IMG/VR virus record: IMGVR_UViG_3300021256_002084 | From: an uncultured virus (IMG/VR IMGVR_UViG_3300021256_002084) | Lineage: Duplodnaviria; Heunggongvirae; Uroviricota; Caudoviricetes | Strand: one strand, 5' to 3' | Length of the DNA: 20,000 bases | Shown here: positions 18,117-20,000 of the stretch, piece by piece | Layout: the number at the start of each line of letters is the position of its first letter | Position numbering within the stretch: position 1 is the first letter of the stretch | Translations under genes and position numbers: made by a program | Notes under the pieces: model-generated | Database searches by the model: none | Told to the model about the DNA's origin: nothing | What the model saw: the letters and a program-made list of their open reading frames with translations, nothing else

Positions 18117-19379
18117 ATGGCTAAGAAAACCGTAAAGAAAGAGGGCGCCCTGCCCGATCCTATGAAAATGATGTAGAAAATCGATAAAGACGTTGAAGTC
18201 ATCGAAGATTCTGCATATTCTAATATTGAGGACTGGATTTCATCCGGTAACTATATTCTCGATGCTTGTGTATCTGGAAGTTGCTTTAAGGGTATTGCGC
18301 CAGCTGGTCGTGTGACTACACTCACTGGAGACCCAGGAACCGGTAAGTCTTATCTGGCTTGTTCGTTTGCTCGTGAAGCACAGAAGAAAAACTACACTGT
18401 ACTTTATCTTGATAGTGAAGGTGCTATAGACAAGGCTTTCGTATCAAGACTCGGTGTAGACACATCAAAGTTATTAATCAGACAAGTAAGCACTGTTCTT
18501 GAAGTTTCTCAGATTATTTTGAATCTGTGCCGGGAACTCGAAGCACAGGAAGAAGAGTACGGAGAGCACAATAAATTCGCTATCGTGCTTGACTCGCTCG
18601 GAAACTTGTCAACACAGTCAGAAGTAGAGAATACTGCTGCCGGTGAGAACAAACGAGACTTGAAGCGTGCGCAAGACGTCAAGCAGTTGTTCAGAACTTG
18701 TACGACGCCTATCGCAAGAATGAAGATTCCTTTCGTAGTGATTACTCACCAATATGCATCTATCGGTAGTTATGTGCCTACCAACATTGCTTCTGGTGGT
18801 TCCGGATTGGGTTATAACTCTAGTGTAACACTCGAACTTAGTGTCTCTAAACTTGCTGATAAAGCAAACGACGCTGCTGCTGCAAAAGCCGCAAATGCTG
18901 AAGACGTTGTAAAGACTGGCGTAACTGTGACAGCAAAACCGAAGAAGAGCAGATTCACCATTCCTCGTAAAGTACGTTTCCAGATTCCATATTATAAGAA
19001 GCCAAACCCATATGTCGGTCTTGACGGATTTGTGGGAGATTTCGAAAAGAGCGGAATATGTCGTGGCGTATTGCTGAGCGAAAAAGAGTATAGCAAACTG
19101 TCTGACGCTGATAAAGCAAAAGTATACGTTTTCGAAAAAGACGGTCAGACGCTGTACTGTCAGCAGAAAGATACTGCTCGTTCAATTGTCGTAAAACACT
19201 TGGGTGAAGCAATTCCTATTCCTGACTTGTTCACTGATAAAGTATTCACAGAAGAATATCTGCACTGGCTGGACGATAACGTCATAAGACCGGCATTTGA
19301 ACTTCCCGACCAGAACGCTTTCGATGATGTCAAAGAAATCGAAGACTTAATCGAGGTCTCGTCTGAGGAAAATGAGTAA
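18117..19379 (+). CDS. uvsX: UvsX/RecA-like recombinase, 420 aa; 1 in-frame TAG at codon 20
   Basis: ATG 18117, TAG 18174; WISSGNYILDACVSG..Walker A GDPGTGKS, YLDSEGA, Walker B IVLDSLGNL, SGGSGLGYNSS, KSRF. Confidence 0.9.
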
Positions 19380-19492
19380 ATTGAATTTTGACTATTTTAG
19401 TCATAGATAAATAATTTACTGAGACGATTAAACTATTTTCGATTTTTACCGTCAAAGTAATTAGATAAATAATAAAATTGATTCTTTTAAAG

Positions 19493-19591
19493 ATGCAACA
19501 CAGACTGTTCAACATAGCGACCACATCAACAGCGAATGATAATAATACATCATCCGCAGATGAACGCTGCGTACTGTTGGGACGTCTATAA
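19493..19591 (+). CDS. Putative 32-aa leader peptide
   Basis: MQHRLFNIATTSTANDNNTSSADERCVLLGRL*; downstream of GATAAATA (19406, 19464); its 3' end overlaps the antiterminator arm. Confidence 0.5.
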   Translation: MQHRLFNIATTSTANDNNTSSADERCVLLGRL

Positions 19592-19617
19592 CGGAATACT
19601 ATAATGCTGAATAATAT

Positions 19618-19657
19618 AGTCCGGATGTCCCGAAAAAGACGTCCGGATTTCTTTTTT
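19618..19657 (+). terminator. Intrinsic terminator (putative attenuator) upstream of tRNA cluster
   Basis: AGTCCGGATGTC-CCGAAAAA-GACGTCCGGATT-TCTTTTTT. Confidence 0.8.
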
Positions 19658-19688
19658 CGCATAACGGATGTAAAAAGTTGCTGAAAAG

Positions 19689-19720
19689 TTTGCATATTTC
19701 AAATTTAATTTGTAATTTTG
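19689..19720 (+). promoter_or_regulatory. Bacteroidetes primary-sigma promoter upstream of tRNA cluster
   Basis: TTTG-N20-TAATTTTG, a perfect consensus match. Confidence 0.75.
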
Positions 19721-19783
19721 CAGCGTTTTTGAGAGACTAAATATAAAAATGAAGATATAATCTTAGAGAAGATTAAGAAATAT

Positions 19784-19855
19784 GGCCCGTTCGTCTATCG
19801 GTTAGGACGTGAGATTTTCATTCTCAAAAGAGCAGTTCGATTCTGCTACGGGCTA
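19784..19855 (+). tRNA. trnE: tRNA-Glu (TTC)
   Basis: GGCCCGT/ACGGGCT acceptor, TGAGA-TT-TTC-AT-TCTCA anticodon arm, TTCGATT T-loop. Confidence 0.95.
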
Positions 19856-19865
19856 CGAACTTAAT

Positions 19866-19939
19866 GGTGTGTTAGTTCAGTTGGTTAGAATGCCTGCCTG
19901 TCACGCAGGAGGTCACGGGTTCGAGTCCCGTACACACCG
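19866..19939 (+). tRNA. trnD: tRNA-Asp (GTC)
   Basis: GGTGTGT/ACACACC acceptor, CCTGC-CT-GTC-AC-GCAGG anticodon arm, TTCGAGT T-loop. Confidence 0.95.
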
Positions 19940-19947
19940 CTGTTAAT

Positions 19948-20000
19948 GCTTGCGTAGCTCAGTTGGTTAGAGCACCTGACTGTTAATCAGGGGGTCGTTG
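19948..20000 (+). tRNA. trnN: tRNA-Asn (GTT), truncated by window end
   Basis: GCTC/GAGC D stem, CCTGA-CT-GTT-AA-TCAGG anticodon arm. Confidence 0.9.

Noticed and set aside
19330..19695. 121-aa minus-strand ORF
   Set aside because: Antisense to uvsX end, leader and terminator; no supporting signals.
1..20000. Assignment to Lak megaphage specifically
   Set aside because: Code and host type fit, but coding GC looks higher than I recall for Lak and no capsid or terminase marker is in the window.

Overview
Fragment of a large T4-like (UvsX-encoding) phage of a Bacteroidales host (Prevotella/Bacteroides-type promoters). It uses a recoded genetic code, TAG=Gln (table 15). Reading TAG as Gln fuses ORF-track fragments into full genes (19 in-frame TAGs in 6 genes): a 768-aa three-domain glycosyltransferase, a GIY-YIG/DUF4357 nuclease, a BepI-like C5 DNA methyltransferase, a 431-aa virion-like protein, a 236-aa fibre-like protein and UvsX/RecA. 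The window also carries a matching amber-suppressor tRNA (CUA) with an atypical T-loop, a second C5 methyltransferase lacking its C-terminal motifs, a solo DUF262 protein, an array of small TAG-free genes, a 673-aa fibre-like protein with 42-bp repeats and the start of a tRNA cluster (Glu, Asp, Asn). Three promoter-like motif classes are visible (host TAnnTTTG; AACTAAA-N14-TATAATA; ATAAATA), and their distribution suggests a timed code switch. A 32-codon leader ORF with mutually exclusive antiterminator/terminator hairpins precedes the tRNA cluster and looks like a translation-sensing attenuator. Family assignments come from remembered motifs, not database searches.
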